DNA of 62,024 nucleotides, taken from positions 1 to 62,024 of IMG/VR virus record IMGVR_UViG_3300031753_000006; one strand, written 5' to 3'. Positions 9,590 through 18,945 of this stretch are shown here, piece after piece. The notes beneath the pieces were generated by a model. The model made no database searches. It was not told the DNA's origin and saw only the letters and a list, made by a program, of their open reading frames with translations. Positions within the stretch are counted from its first letter, which is position 1, and the number at the start of each line of letters is the position of its first letter. A program made the translations under genes and the position numbers. Source of the stretch: a virus. Lineage: Duplodnaviria > Caudoviricetes.

Positions 9590-11569
9590 ATGCCTGAAGA
9601 CATTGCGGCTCTAGCCGGGGAATCCTTCGATCTACCGCCTATCAAAGAACTCGCGGCTGATGCTGCCAAACCTGGGACTGTGGAGTACGCCACAATCCAG
9701 TGGGCCAACGCCAAGCTCAAGCAGGGTCAGCAGTTTGTCGAAGCCAGCATCGGGTACTCCAACGCGACTTCTGCTATCGACGCTATCTTCTCGAACGAAC
9801 GGACGTCCGGTTCATCGTACGTGCCTACTCCTAAGCCGATGTCCCGCACCCGCGCGAATTTCGTGGGTAAAGTCGCCGAGGATCTGACTGCCCAGCTCAC
9901 CGACACCCGCATCTTCTGGAAGTACTCGACTCGCAACCCCGCGTACGAGAAACACGCCACGATTGCGAACGACAACGCGAAAGATTGGTACGTCAACCGA
10001 CTGATCGACCTCCGTCTCGGTGACGTAGTCCGCTACTACACTGTCGCCGGCACTGGTATTGCCCATCTCTACTATTCTCGGCGGCTCAACGACATGATGC
10101 TCGACGCGAAGGATCCTCGCTCCGTCTTCCCGGTCGACCCAGTGTCCTATCACACGTTCCAAGACGCGCTGGGCGTGATCATCCGTGATGCGCGCACACC
10201 TCGGTGGGTCAAATCCGAGTATGGTAAGACTGTCGTGGCTGACGCAGGCGGCGTTGGCATCTTCGGGTGGATGACCCAAGCGATCAAGGGTGGATCTACC
10301 CAGAAGCATTCCGGCCCACTGTCCAAACGTTCGGGCGACGACAAGCCCATCCCCGCGGTACCCACAGTATGGGTCAACACGATGTACTTGGCCGACCCGC
10401 GAGTAAATAAGAAAGAGAACGACGTTTACATGGGGCCTTGGAAGAACGGCAAGCCCCAATCGCCCTGGTCTTATCGCGTTAAGCCTGGGGCGCCGCTCTA
10501 CCCGTTCAAACGAATGATCGTATGGACAACGGAATGCCTGCTGTATGATGGCCCGTCTCCGTACTGGCACGGCAAATTCCCGGTCATCAAGCTCACTCTC
10601 AACCCATGGCCGAATTCTTGGCTGGGCAAAGCGCCACTTTGGGACTTACTCCCGCTTCAAGAATCCATGAATGCCCTGTTACGAGTCATCGACGATCACG
10701 CGGCGCAGTTGGCTCAACCGGGTGTGGTGGCCGACCGAAACGTGTCCGGCGCGGAACTGAAGAAGTTTAACAGCCGGGCCGCCGGTTGGAACATCCGAAC
10801 GAACACTGCGTCGGGCAAGGGGATCACCGTGGTCCCACCGCCGCCGCTCGATCAATCGCTCTGGGAACATGTCAACTGGATCAAAGAAGTGATGCAGATG
10901 CTGTCGGGCACGCTGGACGCCTCACAGTTGGCTGGCCTAGCACAAGTTCCATCGGACGACACGATCGACACTCTCATGAAAGCCATGACGCCAGGTAATC
11001 GTTCGCGATCTCGGATCATGGAAGGATTCATGAAGGAATTGGCCGAGATGTATCTCTACAACATGGCCGAGTTCGATACGATCAGCAAGCGAGTCGCGAA
11101 GTTCGGTCCCACGGCCGTCACGAATGAGGATTTTGATTTCGCCGCTGGCAACTTTATACCGGACGATGTACCGGGATCCGAGCCGGGAGATATCGCGTCC
11201 ACCTATGATGCCTTAGCTGCGGACGAGCCGCGGCCGGAATTCGAGCGTGCCAAGCAGTTGTTCCAGTCATTCACGTACGAGTACACGCCGAACACCCTCC
11301 TGAACTCGGCCGCGATGCAGGACCGGATGGAAGACTTTATGCTGGCCAAGATGGGCTATCTGGATTACTTCACATTCATGCAGAACTTAGGAAAGACGCA
11401 GATTGTGCCGCCGAGCATGAAGATTCCCGATTCGATTACTGAGCGGCTAGTGTTACAGCAGCAGATGGGGATCGGGATGATTGCCAACGCGCAAGGTCGG
11501 AAGGCCACTAACCAGTCAGCGCCATCGCAAGGGCAGAATGCTGCCGGCCCAACGATCCAGACATCGTGA
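9590..11569 (+). CDS. Portal protein
   Basis: 659 aa between TerL and scaffold/capsid; PYWHGKFP...WLGK...LLPLQESMN portal-like segment; Gln-rich tail. Confidence 0.8.
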   Translation: MPEDIAALAGESFDLPPIKELAADAAKPGTVEYATIQWANAKLKQGQQFVEASIGYSNATSAIDAIFSNERTSGSSYVPTPKPMSRTRANFVGKVAEDLTAQLTDTRIFWKYSTRNPAYEKHATIANDNAKDWYVNRLIDLRLGDVVRYYTVAGTGIAHLYYSRRLNDMMLDAKDPRSVFPVDPVSYHTFQDALGVIIRDARTPRWVKSEYGKTVVADAGGVGIFGWMTQAIKGGSTQKHSGPLSKRSGDDKPIPAVPTVWVNTMYLADPRVNKKENDVYMGPWKNGKPQSPWSYRVKPGAPLYPFKRMIVWTTECLLYDGPSPYWHGKFPVIKLTLNPWPNSWLGKAPLWDLLPLQESMNALLRVIDDHAAQLAQPGVVADRNVSGAELKKFNSRAAGWNIRTNTASGKGITVVPPPPLDQSLWEHVNWIKEVMQMLSGTLDASQLAGLAQVPSDDTIDTLMKAMTPGNRSRSRIMEGFMKELAEMYLYNMAEFDTISKRVAKFGPTAVTNEDFDFAAGNFIPDDVPGSEPGDIASTYDALAADEPRPEFERAKQLFQSFTYEYTPNTLLNSAAMQDRMEDFMLAKMGYLDYFTFMQNLGKTQIVPPSMKIPDSITERLVLQQQMGIGMIANAQGRKATNQSAPSQGQNAAGPTIQTS

Positions 11570-11641
11570 ACTGGGTCAGGTCATCTCCCGACTTGACACC
11601 ACTCAATTCCTACCCCTGTAGTTTGTGGTATTCTGTGGTCG

Positions 11642-11896
11642 ATGGCACTCTCAGTTGTCACTGGCGGTCACGGAAGCGGCGGAACTGGTGGCGCAGAACC
11701 CACTAGCGGTAGCCCCAACCCCAACCCCAACGGCTTTTTGGCTAAGTCAACTATGATCAATCACTCGGCGCCCTCGTTCGGCAAACAATCGTTCAGTCGT
11801 GCGTCGAAGGTCAGCACGACCCCCGGCAAACTCGGTCAGTCGTCTCGTCTGGCCCAGTCCGTCTCGTCTCTTCGCCGGAAAGGAGCATTGGCGTGA
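11642..11896 (+). CDS. Small Gly/Ser-rich basic protein
   Basis: Extended -10 TGGTATTCT-N7-ATG; low-complexity sequence. Confidence 0.6.
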   Translation: MALSVVTGGHGSGGTGGAEPTSGSPNPNPNGFLAKSTMINHSAPSFGKQSFSRASKVSTTPGKLGQSSRLAQSVSSLRRKGALA

Positions 11897-12042
11897 TCAC
11901 GTTCACTTTGAGAAATGCCAATGGCAATGTCAAGCCGAACTTTATCGAATTGAAGCAGAATGCGGACCAGCAGCACCGAGACGCTTTAGAGCAGTTACAT
12001 CTCAAGAACTTGGGTGCAGCAAAGGGGGAGAAAAATGGGTAG
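11893..12042 (+). CDS. Hypothetical protein (49 aa, not in ORF track)
   Basis: GTGA overlap, AGGAG RBS; fills the gap between two genes. Confidence 0.5.
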   Translation: MITFTLRNANGNVKPNFIELKQNADQQHRDALEQLHLKNLGAAKGEKNG

Positions 12043-12232
12043 CACAGCGGGTCAAATGGGCAGTGGTAAAGGCGGCTTCTTCCCCAAGAAGTCCGGCTTC
12101 TCGTCCGGTTTCGCGAAGAAAAAGACGGGCATTCTGTCCAAAGGCTTCTCGGGCAAGACTTCGAGCGACATGATCAAAGGGCCGCGAGACGCCAAAGGCA
12201 CTCGTGAGTCCGGCATGAACGGAGGGTACTAA
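12035..12232 (+). CDS. Small Gly/Lys-rich basic protein
   Basis: GGGGAG RBS; MGSTAGQMGSGKGGFFPKKSG. Confidence 0.65.
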   Translation: MGSTAGQMGSGKGGFFPKKSGFSSGFAKKKTGILSKGFSGKTSSDMIKGPRDAKGTRESGMNGGY

Positions 12233-12643
12233 GTGGGCGCGATGGCACCAGGAGCGGCGCTGTACGGAGTCGGTCAAGCTGACGGCAACCCGACTAACGC
12301 AGCCTCGGCACCTCTGCCCCCCTTACCGGACATGAACACTGGTGGCGACACCCAGCCGCAGACTGGCAACAAGGACGTTCTGGCCTCTCTGATGTCCGGT
12401 GTCGGCCCCGTTAAGAAGCACGCCGATACGATCGTTCAGTCGGCCAAGGAAATTGTGAAGATGGGGGTTATCCCCGGCGCGGAGCAAGTGGCCGCGCAGA
12501 TTATAAGTTTGGCGACCTCGTTAGTTCCGATGGCCGCCCAGAACCTGCTCAACCCGATGGGTGGGGCAGTGCAAAGTGGGAATAGCAGCGGGATGGGACA
12601 GATGTTACCGCCTCCGGGTGGTCCAGCCCCATTGCCACAGTAA
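12233..12643 (+). CDS. Pro/Gly-rich head-region protein
   Basis: Abuts the previous stop; between portal and scaffold. Confidence 0.6.
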   Translation: MGAMAPGAALYGVGQADGNPTNAASAPLPPLPDMNTGGDTQPQTGNKDVLASLMSGVGPVKKHADTIVQSAKEIVKMGVIPGAEQVAAQIISLATSLVPMAAQNLLNPMGGAVQSGNSSGMGQMLPPPGGPAPLPQ

Positions 12644-12649
12644 CGAAGC

Positions 12650-12930
12650 AAGGAAAGGACGAAATGCCGCACGACGTAAAGGGTAATTTGTTAAAAGTTG
12701 GCGACGAAGTGCTTCTTCGTGCAGTAGTTGAGGAAATTAGCACTGGTATAGAATTTTGTAATTGTAAGATCAAAACATTCTATCCGATGTATCCCAGTGA
12801 CAAGCACGATTCGTTTTCAGCGATTAACACCCGTCAGTTGGAAAAAGTGGAGTGTATTCCAAGTGAGGAAAATAAACCACTTGGTTGGGTTGATACTAAA
12901 AACCCTCAGTTTGTGTAAGGAAAGGACGAA
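12650..12930. repeat. 14-bp direct repeat AAGGAAAGGACGAA
   Basis: Copies at 12650-12663 and 12917-12930. Confidence 0.85.
12664..12918 (+). CDS. Hypothetical protein, probable inserted gene
   Basis: A/T-rich; flanked by a 14-bp direct repeat. Confidence 0.65.
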   Translation: MPHDVKGNLLKVGDEVLLRAVVEEISTGIEFCNCKIKTFYPMYPSDKHDSFSAINTRQLEKVECIPSEENKPLGWVDTKNPQFV

Positions 12931-12938
12931 GGTAATTT

Positions 12939-13688
12939 GTGACGATCGACGAAGTGATCTCGACTCTGGAACTTGACACGGAAACCGCGGCAATTCTGCG
13001 ATCCAAGGCGAAGGCCGAGAAGGCTGCCGCCCTCAAACAACAGAAGGATCTGGACACCATTGAAGCCCAGCGCGCGGCTCTTGAAGCTGAGCTGGTGGCT
13101 GACGGCAAAAAGGGTGCTCGCAACTACAAACAGTGGTACGAGGAGAATTTCCCAAAGATTCAGAAGTTGCAGGGTGATTACGCGAAGTATGTCGAGCGGT
13201 ATGGATCGATCGATACCACCACGACTACCACGACCACGACCCCCACGACCGTCCCTGCTGGCATGACGCCCGAACAAGTGTCCAAGATGATCCAGGATAC
13301 CTACACGCCGCAGTGGTCGACCCTCCTCAAGGGCAGTGGCAAAATCCTCGAGAAGCACATTCGCGCCGGCCGTAAGAACGAACTTGACTGGGACAAATTG
13401 TCCGAATTGGCTGCCACTCACAATGGCGATCTCGTGGCCGCGTACAACGAATGGGACGCGCCCGAAGCCGACAAGGCTCGTAAGGCTGACGAGGAAAAGC
13501 GCATTAACGAGGAAGTTGAGAAGCGTGTGAAAAAGCAGCAGACCAACAGTTTCTTCCCGACGACCGAACAGGCTCCGACGGGAGTGTCGCCGCTGTCGAA
13601 AGACCGCGGTGGCGAGCCGAAGTACGACCGTAATAAGGTCATCGAGTCCGCGATTTCGGGCTTGTATGAACCGAGCACAGTTCACTAG
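12939..13688 (+). CDS. Capsid scaffolding protein candidate
   Basis: Charged coiled-coil protein with a poly-Thr linker, directly upstream of the capsid gene. Confidence 0.65.
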   Translation: MTIDEVISTLELDTETAAILRSKAKAEKAAALKQQKDLDTIEAQRAALEAELVADGKKGARNYKQWYEENFPKIQKLQGDYAKYVERYGSIDTTTTTTTTTPTTVPAGMTPEQVSKMIQDTYTPQWSTLLKGSGKILEKHIRAGRKNELDWDKLSELAATHNGDLVAAYNEWDAPEADKARKADEEKRINEEVEKRVKKQQTNSFFPTTEQAPTGVSPLSKDRGGEPKYDRNKVIESAISGLYEPSTVH

Positions 13689-13697
13689 GAGGATTCG

Positions 13698-14804
13698 ATG
13701 CCTGATACCTTAACGCAAATCGAGGTAACGACCCGCCGTTACATTGACGAACAGCCCAAGTTGCGGGACTTGGTGTTCAACAAGGACCCCTTCATGTCCT
13801 TCTTGGACGAGAACTGCCTCGATGAAGTGGAGGGCGGCTCGACCTGGAATGACAATATCGAGTATGACGTGCAGGATGGCGGATCCTACAGCAAGGGACA
13901 GGACCTGCCTGCTGACCAACGTCAGATCGAGCAGCAACTCCGCTTCGATCCCAAGTACCAAACCGTGATGATCCCCTTTTATAAGGAAGACATCAAGGTT
14001 CTGAATAACGGACCGTTGGCGGTTGTGAAGCTGGTCGAGGAGCGTGTCGACAGCGCGTATATGCAACTCGGCGCGCAGACAGCACTGCAACTGTACTTCC
14101 AGGGCCAGTCCGGCAACTACATCAAGTTGATCAACGGATTGCTCGAGGCACTGAGCGATGGCACCACGAACGGCTGGGATGGTAATACCTACGCTGTCTA
14201 CGGCACCCTCACCCGCTCGTTGTACGGCGGCCGTATGCTCGCACCCGCGCCGACCACGTTCACCAATTCCACGTTCTCCCTGCCCCAGCTTGAAACGATG
14301 TATCAGTCGGTCAACTTTGGCAGCGGCGAGTATGAGCCGAACATCATCCTGACCACGGCGGTCGGGTACGGCATCATCCGCAACAACTTTCAGACCCAGC
14401 AACGGTTCCAGAATGTGACCGTGGCAAAGGGTGGATTCCGCGGCCTCGAGTACAACGGTGCCGTCGTGTTGGCTTCCCGCTATGCCCCCGGCTCCTACCT
14501 GACCAAGTCGAACGGCACGAACGATCGTGTGGCCGTTCGGTACCTGACCTACACCACGAACGGTGCGGTCACGGCCTACCCCACCGGCTCTCTCGGAACT
14601 GGCGAGTCGATCTGGCTCATCAATGCGCGCAAGCCGATGATCAAGTACCGCATCAGCAAGCAGGCACCGTTCAATGGTTCGCTCGACGACGATGGATTCA
14701 TCCCGTCGGCCGGTAACACCAAGATCGTGGGCAAGGTCCTGCTCGCCCACAACATGACCGTACTTCCCGGCTACCACTGCTACGGGTTCGGGTTCACGCA
14801 GTAA
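13698..14804 (+). CDS. Major capsid protein
   Basis: 368 aa, AGGAGG RBS, strong codon bias; INGL and PNIILTT...QQRF...GGFRGLEYNG coat-like segments. Confidence 0.85.
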   Translation: MPDTLTQIEVTTRRYIDEQPKLRDLVFNKDPFMSFLDENCLDEVEGGSTWNDNIEYDVQDGGSYSKGQDLPADQRQIEQQLRFDPKYQTVMIPFYKEDIKVLNNGPLAVVKLVEERVDSAYMQLGAQTALQLYFQGQSGNYIKLINGLLEALSDGTTNGWDGNTYAVYGTLTRSLYGGRMLAPAPTTFTNSTFSLPQLETMYQSVNFGSGEYEPNIILTTAVGYGIIRNNFQTQQRFQNVTVAKGGFRGLEYNGAVVLASRYAPGSYLTKSNGTNDRVAVRYLTYTTNGAVTAYPTGSLGTGESIWLINARKPMIKYRISKQAPFNGSLDDDGFIPSAGNTKIVGKVLLAHNMTVLPGYHCYGFGFTQ

Positions 14805-14832
14805 CGCACGAAAGGAAAATGAGGAGGAACTA

Positions 14833-15456
14833 ATGTCTGCAATCCAAGTCTACAAGCGAATCGCGAATCCCTTCATGCCGCAAGGCACGAGCGCGAAAAC
14901 AAACTCCGCTACTCCTTTCTATGCTCCTGGCGAGATCGGCTGTGGCTTTTTCGATCCGATGACCGGTTTCTCGTGCGCTCGAGTCCGACTGGATTCCGGT
15001 GCTACATCGGCCACCGCGGTCGGCGCGGTGAAGGCTGGGCAACTAGCTTTCTGGAAAGACCGCTCGAACAATCTCGTCACAAACGATCAGGCGCAGACTG
15101 ACATCGCCATCGCTCTTGGGGCCGCTGCCCCAGCCAACGCTTGGCTGAACCGTGTAGCCGGTGTATTCCAGTTGGCCGTTTCCACGGCTGCTGGTACCAA
15201 CGACTCAACCGGTAACCCGGTCACGTATGTCTGCGATATCGTGATCGAAGGTCCGAACGTCAACGTCTTCACTAAGGCGAGTGGCGCGACGGCCGGTTGC
15301 CAAGCGGTTTGCGATACTACGGCCAGCACGGCTCAGGCTATCGCGCTGACCAACACTAACACGGCTCCGACGTCCCAAGTTCTCGGTGTGTTCCGGTCGT
15401 CCACGATCACGAACAACTTGGCTCCTATGGACGTACAGATCGGATTCTTGGTGTAA
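14833..15456 (+). CDS. Capsid decoration/cement protein candidate
   Basis: Ala/Thr-rich, GAGGAGG RBS, directly after the capsid gene. Confidence 0.55.
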   Translation: MSAIQVYKRIANPFMPQGTSAKTNSATPFYAPGEIGCGFFDPMTGFSCARVRLDSGATSATAVGAVKAGQLAFWKDRSNNLVTNDQAQTDIAIALGAAAPANAWLNRVAGVFQLAVSTAAGTNDSTGNPVTYVCDIVIEGPNVNVFTKASGATAGCQAVCDTTASTAQAIALTNTNTAPTSQVLGVFRSSTITNNLAPMDVQIGFLV

Positions 15457-15465
15457 GGAGGAAAC

Positions 15466-15723
15466 ATGGCAGTTAACACCACAGCACCACAAGAACGATT
15501 TGTCTTCGGCCAGTTGGTCGGGCGTTTTTACCCCAGCCTGACTGTTGCAAATGGCGACACTCTGGCTGTACCGCTGATCCGGATTGTGGATATCTCCGCT
15601 CAACCAACAACGGCTGTTTCTGTTGGCACGACCATCGTGCAGAGCGCAACCGGCGCCACGATCACATTTGTTACTGGCGGCTCAGTGACTTTGAACCTCT
15701 GGGTGGTTGGCCGCGAGGGCTAA
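15466..15723 (+). CDS. Small virion structural protein candidate
   Basis: AAGGAGG RBS; beta-rich; last gene before a terminator. Confidence 0.6.
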   Translation: MAVNTTAPQERFVFGQLVGRFYPSLTVANGDTLAVPLIRIVDISAQPTTAVSVGTTIVQSATGATITFVTGGSVTLNLWVVGREG

Positions 15724-15753
15724 ACACGGATATTGTCCAATTGTCGCACTCCC

Positions 15754-15791
15754 AACCGGCCCCAAGGATTACCGTCCGAGGGGCCGTTTTA
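15754..15791 (+). terminator. Intrinsic terminator after the capsid operon
   Basis: CGGCCCC...GGGGCCG stem followed by TTTT. Confidence 0.6.
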
Positions 15792-15811
15792 CTAGGTAAA
15801 CTGGTGGCTGT

Positions 15812-16573
15812 ATGGCGAAATCGTCCGCATCGAGGATCCACGAGGTGAAAGTAAGCAGTTCCGGCACAGGTGAACGGTTCCGCGGATCGAGCGATATCCC
15901 ATTGGCGCCGGAAGGAGTCGCCAAGGCCCGCGCGCTCGCTAAGGAGATCGCCAAAAAGGGTGGGTTGGATTACATCTACGCCTCCAAAATGAAGCGAACC
16001 GCGCGCACGGCTGAGATTCTATCCAATGCAACCGGTGCGAAGATCGTCTGGACCGAGGAGTTCGTGGATTGGGCGCTGGGCGGCCTCGAGGGGAAGCCTG
16101 TAAACGACGAAACGATCGCTATTCAGAACGAATTTCTGCTCGATAAGCCTGACACGAAGGTCCTTGGCCGCGGCCCACTGAGTACACGAGACGGCGAGAG
16201 CTTCAATGCCTTCCGAAAGCGCGGTACCAAGTACACTATGGACGACGTCATACCCCGCGCAGAGAAGGAACCAGACGTTCGGCGTGCTTATATCGTGAAT
16301 TTCCGATTTATCAAGCTCGTGAAGGCTTGGATCAAGGCTGGCGCGGACAAAGATGGGTCGATCGACACGGACGAGATGGTGAAATACCTCAAAAACAACG
16401 ATTCGCCGCCTGGATCGATCGCAAAGTTGGTCGTGGGCGAGGGTGACAAGCCAAAACTGCAAGAAATCGACATTTTTGACGTTCCAAAGCTCGATGGCAA
16501 CGTCTTTTTGATCCGGCACTCGACAACGGCGTGGAATAAGCCTGAGAACGACACAAAGGACGACGATGAGTAA
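15812..16573 (+). CDS. Histidine phosphatase (phosphoglycerate mutase-like), circularly permuted
   Basis: RFRGSSDIPL, YIYAS.MKRTARTA and GESF motifs; the catalytic FLIRHSTTAWN segment is at the C-terminus. Confidence 0.8.
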   Translation: MAKSSASRIHEVKVSSSGTGERFRGSSDIPLAPEGVAKARALAKEIAKKGGLDYIYASKMKRTARTAEILSNATGAKIVWTEEFVDWALGGLEGKPVNDETIAIQNEFLLDKPDTKVLGRGPLSTRDGESFNAFRKRGTKYTMDDVIPRAEKEPDVRRAYIVNFRFIKLVKAWIKAGADKDGSIDTDEMVKYLKNNDSPPGSIAKLVVGEGDKPKLQEIDIFDVPKLDGNVFLIRHSTTAWNKPENDTKDDDE

Positions 16574-17006
16574 GAGTTCGGCCAGTCGGCTCACGCAAAT
16601 ACGACCTTCGCGTGCTTCAGGTACGGGACAGGACCCTCGGAAACTGCCTAAAACGTCCGTGCTTTATGCCCACTACAGTGGAGAGGGGTATGATTGCGAC
16701 GATTGTGCGTTTTGGCTGACAGACAACCGATGTATCATCCACAGATCCGATTTAACGGTCAATGACGAGGACAAATGTGGCTTCATGATCCAGGGGAAGC
16801 CAGATACGTTCTGGGGCAAGCCGCACCTGAACCTAGATCCGAAACAGACGGGATTTGTGCGGAATTGGGGCGGTAAAGGGTGTCGCGTCTGCACCTACTA
16901 CAATGTAAGTAGAGACTGTGATAAAGTGGACAAAAACTCGGCTGGAGACGACCCCGGCGAGATCAATCCCGATGCTTGCTGTGCGTTGCAGAAGAAGGTG
17001 AAGTGA
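16566..17006 (+). CDS. Cys-rich protein with two HiPIP-like repeats
   Basis: CDDC-x8-C-x14-C and CRVC-x8-C...INPDACC. Confidence 0.55.
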   Translation: MSKSSASRLTQIRPSRASGTGQDPRKLPKTSVLYAHYSGEGYDCDDCAFWLTDNRCIIHRSDLTVNDEDKCGFMIQGKPDTFWGKPHLNLDPKQTGFVRNWGGKGCRVCTYYNVSRDCDKVDKNSAGDDPGEINPDACCALQKKVK

Positions 17007-17194
17007 TGCAAGAGAAGATCATAAAACGGTTCGGGCTTGATCCTAAAACACTGGATTACTCTCGTCCCGGCAGTACTGTGAAAACAGTCGGATACTCTCC
17101 CAGTAAACAGAAGTGGTATGGGTGGAGCCACCGTGCTATCTCTGGGTTTGGGTCTAAACAGAAGGCGCAGTCATTTGCACGATCGGTGTCATAA
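17006..17194 (+). CDS. Small hypothetical phage protein
   Basis: TGATG and TAATG couplings; GYSPSKQKWYGWSHRA. Confidence 0.65.
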   Translation: MQEKIIKRFGLDPKTLDYSRPGSTVKTVGYSPSKQKWYGWSHRAISGFGSKQKAQSFARSVS

Positions 17195-18483
17195 TGGATG
17201 ATTTCAACACACTCTCGCAACGCCTTCTGAGCCGCTGCCCCTCTGCTGGCAAGATTCTGTCCGAGCAGTTGATCAACGATGCGTGGAAGCAACTACAAGC
17301 TCGCCGTGAGTGGTCCTGGCGCCGCGGTCACAATATATTCCAGCCGCCGCCGCTGGTTACCGCTGGCACTGTCACAACGAACAAGGGTACCGGCAACCCA
17401 AACCTTATTACCGGCGTCGGCACCAACTTCACCCAATCGATGGTCGGTCAGCAGATCCGAATCAACGGTCTGAACTTCCCCTATTACGACATCACGGCCG
17501 TTTTGTCGACCACGTCCCTGCTCATCGGCTCGCCCGGTTGGACCGCGCCCGACCTCACAAACGCGGCGTATACGATCCTTCAGATCTACTACCCCGTCCC
17601 GGCCGACTTCGGCTACTTCTACACGATCATCTCAGTCAAGGATGCGTACCGGCTATGGGACACGGTGACCGAGTCCGACCTTATGCTGCTAGACCCGCAA
17701 CGCGCGCAGACCGGCCAAACGTACGGATGTGCCTTCTATGACTATCAACCGATATTTCAGGGAATCGTCAACCCGACAGTTCAGGTATCAGGAACTGGGG
17801 CCGTACCTGTGTCGGGGGCGGTTGCGGCCGGCTACTCGGGTCCGGTACCGTACACATACGTCATCACGATCTCAACCGGCGGTCTACCCGGCGGAGCGCT
17901 CCAATTTACGTGGATTCGATCAGGACAGTCAACGTCTACTGGGCCGATAGCCGTACCGGACAATAATCCGATCACTCTGGCGGACGGGTTGGGCGTTACC
18001 GTGTCCTTCCCGGTGGGCACGTACAACCTCAATGACACGTTCGTGATCAACGCCAACCCTGCGACGGCTGGCGGCAATAGCGGCCAGATGCGGTATGAGT
18101 TGTGGCCCTCTCCATCGCTGAACACACCGACCTCGCCGGTATACCAATATCCATTCATCTACATCAAGCGAGAGTACGATCTGACGATCTCGAATCCGAC
18201 ACTGCCGCCGCTGATGGCTAACCGCGGGGATCTGGTTCTTGAGATGGCACTTGCTCAGTGCGCACGGTTCCCGGGGCCAGACACAGATCACCCTAACCCC
18301 TATTTCAACCTTGCGCTGGCATTACAGCACGAGGCACGGGTGGATCGGATGATGATCGATGCCGAGAGGAATGATGAAGAAGTGGGAGTTAGCCTCGTGA
18401 CTTATAAGGAATATCCATTTTACCCTGCTCCATGGTTAGACGGCTCTTGGCAGCAATCGCACGCTCCGTTCATCAGAGGATAA
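17194..18483 (+). CDS. Head-tail adaptor-like virion protein with inserted beta domains
   Basis: Helical N-terminus (EQLINDAWKQLQARREWSW), YELWPSP, helical C-terminus. Confidence 0.55.
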   Translation: MDDFNTLSQRLLSRCPSAGKILSEQLINDAWKQLQARREWSWRRGHNIFQPPPLVTAGTVTTNKGTGNPNLITGVGTNFTQSMVGQQIRINGLNFPYYDITAVLSTTSLLIGSPGWTAPDLTNAAYTILQIYYPVPADFGYFYTIISVKDAYRLWDTVTESDLMLLDPQRAQTGQTYGCAFYDYQPIFQGIVNPTVQVSGTGAVPVSGAVAAGYSGPVPYTYVITISTGGLPGGALQFTWIRSGQSTSTGPIAVPDNNPITLADGLGVTVSFPVGTYNLNDTFVINANPATAGGNSGQMRYELWPSPSLNTPTSPVYQYPFIYIKREYDLTISNPTLPPLMANRGDLVLEMALAQCARFPGPDTDHPNPYFNLALALQHEARVDRMMIDAERNDEEVGVSLVTYKEYPFYPAPWLDGSWQQSHAPFIRG

Positions 18484-18486
18484 ACC

Positions 18487-18945
18487 ATGCGGCCATCACA
18501 AGCCTGCCTCGATCTTATCAAATCATTCGAGTCTTGCCGCCTCGTGGCGTACCTCGCGCCAGAAAGCAAACCTGGCCGCCCAGTTTGGGCCATTGGCTAC
18601 GGCCACACTTCACCGTCCGTTAAGGAGGGAGATACATGCACGCAAGCACAGGCCGATTCTTGGTTTATCGAAGATTTAAACTCTGCTGTCGATCGTATCG
18701 CCGCCCTGATCACCTACACGCCACTTACACAGGGGCAGTTCGACGCCCTCGTATCCTTCGCGTACAACACGAAATGGGAGGCGTTCAGGACCTCTACCTT
18801 GTTGAAAAAGGTGAATGCGGGCGATATGGCTGGCGCGGCCGAGGAGTTTCCCAAGTGGATCGACTCGGCCCACAAGGTAATGAAAGGACTGATCCGGCGC
18901 CGCAATGCTGAACGAGAGTTGTTCTTGTCCAAGGAGGTCGCGTGA
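18487..18945 (+). CDS. Endolysin, GH24 lysozyme
   Basis: IKSFESCRLVAY, WAIGYGHT, QFDALVSFAYN, GLIRRRNAERELF. Confidence 0.92.
   Translation: MRPSQACLDLIKSFESCRLVAYLAPESKPGRPVWAIGYGHTSPSVKEGDTCTQAQADSWFIEDLNSAVDRIAALITYTPLTQGQFDALVSFAYNTKWEAFRTSTLLKKVNAGDMAGAAEEFPKWIDSAHKVMKGLIRRRNAERELFLSKEVA

Noticed and set aside
13710-14777. 355-aa antisense ORF over the capsid gene, and similar long shadow ORFs
   Set aside because: Explained by codon bias on the opposite strand; no motifs or RBS.
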